This document shows, piece after piece, positions 20,681 through 24,684 of a stretch of 24,684 nucleotides of DNA (positions are counted from its first letter, which is position 1; the number at the start of each line of letters is the position of its first letter). Location of the stretch: positions 159,648 through 184,331 of the forward strand of contig BCKQ01000007.1 of assembly GCA_001600695.1 (NCBI GenBank). The letters run 5' to 3'. The notes beneath the pieces are model-generated. The model was not told the DNA's origin and made no database searches. It saw only the letters and a program-made list of their open reading frames with translations. Made by a program: the position numbers and the translations under genes. The DNA comes from Ascoidea asiatica JCM 7603. Taxonomy: Eukaryota > Fungi > Ascomycota.

Positions 20681-22890
20681 ATTCGAATTACTGAATATAC
20701 AAAAATTACTCAAAACTGAGGTAATAATCCTAATAGGGAATAGATATTATCTTTATTTGACTAAAATATCAAGCAACAATTAATATTCAATTCTCTTACT
20801 AGCAATAATCAGACAATCAATGAACATTCGATTGACAATTTTAATAGCAATATAGTTTTTCAATACTCTTATAAAACAAGTGATTTAATTAATCAATTCT
20901 CTTTTAAAACGATTCACAAAAATCTAAATTTTATTCGAACTTAATATCTAAACTTTTCAATTTCAATAATCTTAAATTTAAGTTCATATTTAATTCAATT
21001 AAAAGTTGACATTCTTATCTCAATCAACTTTTTGAAAAATTCAAAACTTCTTAAACAATGCCATTGTTATCAATTGTAACTAAAAAACAATAACAATAAG
21101 ATTTCGAATTTTTAGATCATCAATCATTTTCTCATAAATATCTTGCAAATCATTTCGAAATCAAATCTAGCTTTATTTGAGATTTATCTTATCTCATTTA
21201 TTATGTTTTTCATTCAGGTACAAAATCTTTAAAATACTTTAATCAATTTATCTTGAAATTATCTTCATGGAAATAACTCTCAAAAAATAAATTCCTTTCA
21301 TATTTCATGCAATATTGTATTCATATTAATGTATTGAAACATTTTCAATGTCATTGTTTTTCGAGAATGATACTGTATTTTTCAATAAATTTAATTGAAA
21401 TCAGGCTTATCGTTTTACAACTGAAGAAATGCAAAATGAAATAAAAAAAGCAAATTCGAAAGAACTATTATTCCATTATTTTGTAGATATATAAATACTG
21501 CAAAATCTCTGCTCTTTTTCCTTCTTTTCTTAATTCTTGTCTTCTAAATTTAAATTAAATATATTATCCTTTATCCATATATTATTACTATTCAATCCCA
21601 TTCAAATTTATTAAAACTTTTACAAATTCTCCAATACTTATTCAATATCACTGGAAATAATTCAAATCGATTCAAATTGTTTGAAATTCACTAAGCTTTA
21701 TCAGAGTTCATTAAATTCTACTCAAATTTATATTAATTCCTGCTTTTTTTTTCTTAATATTGCTATATTAAGATTTAAAAAACATATTCTTTGCAAATAT
21801 ATACTATGAAAATTTTCAGTTATTGCCTTTTCAGCATTATTTCCTTTGCCTCGAAATTTTAATATAATATGAATTTTAGATTACAAATTATAAGTCCTGA
21901 ATAATTGATTTTTATTTATAATTGTATTTTTTTACTTTTGATTTGGAATAGGAAATTATGGTGGAATGAATTGGATTTTAAAAGAGGTAAAATTATACAA
22001 ATTACTTACTAATTTTGAAAAAAAAATGAGAGAAGTTTACTTTTTGAAAAATAAATTATATAAAATCCAAACAACAACAAATCATTAATTTATTTTTGCT
22101 GAAATTTTTCTTAATTGAAGATTTTTTTTTGTTGAAAATTTCTTTTCAACTTTTAACAAATGCAAAAAGATCAAAATTTCTTTTCAACTCAAAAAGATCA
22201 TGTTTCAACACAAAAATCTTTTTTTAGTATATTTTTCTTATTCGGATTGTTTTGAATCTGTAGTAGGTTAGTTCAAAACATTTTTTGATATTCTTTAAAC
22301 CATTTATTTTGATATTTCATCTGGCTTTGCATCTAGTTTATGATCAAATTTCAGTTTCAAATTTCATTAAACCTGAATTTTTTTTCTCGATAGCTTTTTA
22401 CTCCTGAAAATTGAGATTCAAAATTAAAAAATTCATGGCGAATCAATATTAGTTGAATTTTAGAAGCGAGGAAGAATTGAAAGAAAAAATTAAAATCATT
22501 AATTAAGCTTGGATAGAATCTTAAGAAATTTTCAAAAGTTAAATCAAGCGCTAAAATATATTCCTACAATTTTGATTCTATTTCATCATACTAATTTCTT
22601 GATCATGAAAATCATAAGCCAAATACGCCCTCGTATTTCTAAAACCCCTGCTATGCAATTCTTGGACGTGAATAATTTTCAACGGCTTTAATTTGATAAA
22701 TACGGTAAACCTTAACGTAATTTGTAACATTTATGCAAGTTTATGCTGGTTAAATAGCAAGTACAAGCATAATAATTTTGGTTAAAAATTTCTCAACCAA
22801 AAAACTTACGCTCGGCTCGGGATTTTTTATAACTTTACCAAACTTTTTCAACATTTAAAGAAGTTTACCAAACTTTACATCGGATTTTCA

Positions 22891-22995
22891 CCCTCAACCA
22901 AAAATTAAAATGGCACTTTTTGGTTATGTAAACCCAATTTACGTGTATTAATGTATACCCAGAATTAAATTGCACGTAAAATAACAGGTTGAGGG
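22891..22995. repeat. Nested inverted repeats (CCCTCAACC/GGTTGAGGG enclosing TTTACGTGTA/TGCACGTAAA)
   Basis: Arms at 22891-22899/22987-22995 and 22938-22947/22971-22980. Confidence 0.6.
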
Positions 22996-24014
22996 AATCT
23001 CAAGTATCTAGTACATCTGGCTTAGAATATTTTTAGAGCAAGTGATGGAAAGATTTACCTCTTGGATTCGTACTTTAAAGTATTTAGGTAGTTTGAATTT
23101 ATATTTATCCTTTAAAAATTGAAACCATTCTCTTTTTGGAAAAATATATTTCAAAACTAGAAGTCTGAGCGTAATCAAAACTCAAAAATCAAAAGAACTG
23201 ATGTCCATACATTAGTTAACTTAAGTTAATTTACGTTACTTCTAGTAATAATTAGATGAAAATAATTTAGGTTGTTGGAGTAGCAAAGTTATTGAAAATT
23301 TATTTACCATAGGCAATGAAAAAATAAAAAGTACTGATACTTTCTGATTTTCACTACTTTTGTAACAACATAAGGTTGATAGCCTTAGCGAAAAAACTAA
23401 AGAAAAACTAAAACCCTTCTAAAAGTGCAAAATTAGGTCGGATAATTTTACTTAATAATAATTTATTCCAAATTGTTAAAAATAGAATATGGATGAGCTT
23501 TTTTTCCAATAGTTTTTAACTGCTGTAAATCGTATACTACTAATATTATGTTATTATTTATCCTTCTTCATATTATTAATTGATTTATCCATTAAAAGTT
23601 TCAAAGAAATTGTATTTGGATACAGTGTATTAAAAATGATATTTTCTAAAATTAAGACGTCTTTTTTTTCGAAAAAGCTTTATATAAATGAAAGAATTCC
23701 TTTGAAGATAATGAAATTTAAATCAATTTAATCAATAATTTTCTTTATTCTTAATCCCAATAAGATCCTTTGTCCCTCCAAAACTATTTTATCCGAAATT
23801 GGCATAATATAATAATACTTATCAAATTCATTCATTCAGCCTTTTTTATTATTAAAATAGAAGAATTGGCTATCAATTAAAAATATAAGTCATTTCTTAT
23901 AATATTCATTCTCTCTTTAATTTAATCTCCATAAATATTATTATTATTATTATTCAAAAATTGTTTCAAACTGCTTTTTAACTGGATTATTTCAAAACTT
24001 TTCTCAAATAAAAA

Positions 24015-24684
24015 ATGATATCCAAGACAATTGCATATGCAGTTCTATCAATAGCTGGAACTGTAATTGCTAAGAGTGTTGATTGTGGATGCTCAGACTC
24101 TACTCAAACATTTTCTTCTACAAATAATTATGGCCCTTCAGGTTGTTCTCTTAATTACTATGTTACTTATAAAGATGGTTCATATGGTTTAAATTATTAC
24201 TTTAAAACAGAAGACTCATCCAAGGTTAATAAGGTTTCTTTTCAAAAATCAGATAAATATTCCAGTTCTGGAAGTAAAAACACCTGGTGTGATGGGTTTT
24301 CATATGAATATACTTCAGATAATCTTGATGATATTTGCAACCATGACTTAGAATTTGAATATACTTATTCTAGCTGTGGTTCTGTAAAATATAGTACCAA
24401 CTGTAATGGTGCTGAAAATTGTAATGATATTGAAACTCCATCTTCTTCCGACCTTAGCTCATGTACTAAATCCTATGTATTACCCTCCGCTTCTTTTGCC
24501 AAAACCAGTAGCTGTGCTAAATCAGGTAAAACTACTGCCAACAAAGTTACAACCACCTCCAAATCCAAAAAAACCACAGAAGCATCTGTTTCTGCTACTG
24601 CATCAGCTACTGTTAGCTCCGTTTGTTCTCAAGCCGTTCAATCCTTTACTTCCACATCCAATTCAGGACCAGATTGCGAAATTT
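24015..24684 (+). CDS. Secreted Cys-rich, Ser/Thr-rich cell-surface (adhesin/flocculin-like) protein; 5' part only, 223 codons, open to the window end
   Basis: Signal peptide MISKTIAYAVLSIAGTVIA, then a Cys/Tyr-rich domain (C24-C150), a Ser/Thr/Lys/Ala linker, and a second copy of the domain start. No stop in 670 nt of AT-rich DNA. AAAAAATG context. Confidence 0.88.
   Translation, partial: MISKTIAYAVLSIAGTVIAKSVDCGCSDSTQTFSSTNNYGPSGCSLNYYVTYKDGSYGLNYYFKTEDSSKVNKVSFQKSDKYSSSGSKNTWCDGFSYEYTSDNLDDICNHDLEFEYTYSSCGSVKYSTNCNGAENCNDIETPSSSDLSSCTKSYVLPSASFAKTSSCAKSGKTTANKVTTTSKSKKTTEASVSATASATVSSVCSQAVQSFTSTSNSGPDCEI

Noticed and set aside
22509-22691. 60-aa ORF
   Set aside because: TTG start and no recognisable features.
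23216-23229. 14-bp palindrome TTAACTTAAGTTAA; CTTAAGTTAA also occurs at about 821 and 9147
   Set aside because: Mostly A/T and noticed post hoc. Compatible with chance in this base composition.

Overview
Very AT-rich eukaryotic DNA from a budding yeast (Saccharomycotina-type: GTATGT...YAG introns, intron-containing tRNA, yeast-type histones, poly-Asn tracts). Gene order: YPL162C/STIMATE(TMEM110)-like membrane protein (+); two-exon PST2-family flavodoxin-like quinone reductase (-); tRNA-Lys(UUU) with intron (-); BSC6-like MFS transporter (-); about 3.5 kb with no conserved gene but a GC-richer orphan ORF; a 1214-aa mitochondrial RNase II/Dss1-like protein with a degenerate active site (+); SIW14 phosphatase (-); divergent histone H3/H4 pair; KSH1 with an ATG-only first exon (-); a 56-aa GPI-anchored micro-glycoprotein of the YDR524C-B/YCL048W-A type (-); a 4.66-kb divergent intergenic region; and the 5' part of a secreted Cys-rich adhesin-like gene with an internally repeated, possibly Flo11-like domain (+, runs off the window). 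The ORF track misses KSH1, the GPI micropeptide, the adhesin-like gene and PST2 exon 1. Most interesting: an unexplained three-way-junction RNA-like fold just upstream of the tRNA, the RNase II pseudo-enzyme, an H3 L20I substitution with a forkhead-site-rich histone promoter, and the head-to-head cell-surface gene pair. All homology calls come from motif recognition by eye; no searches were run.
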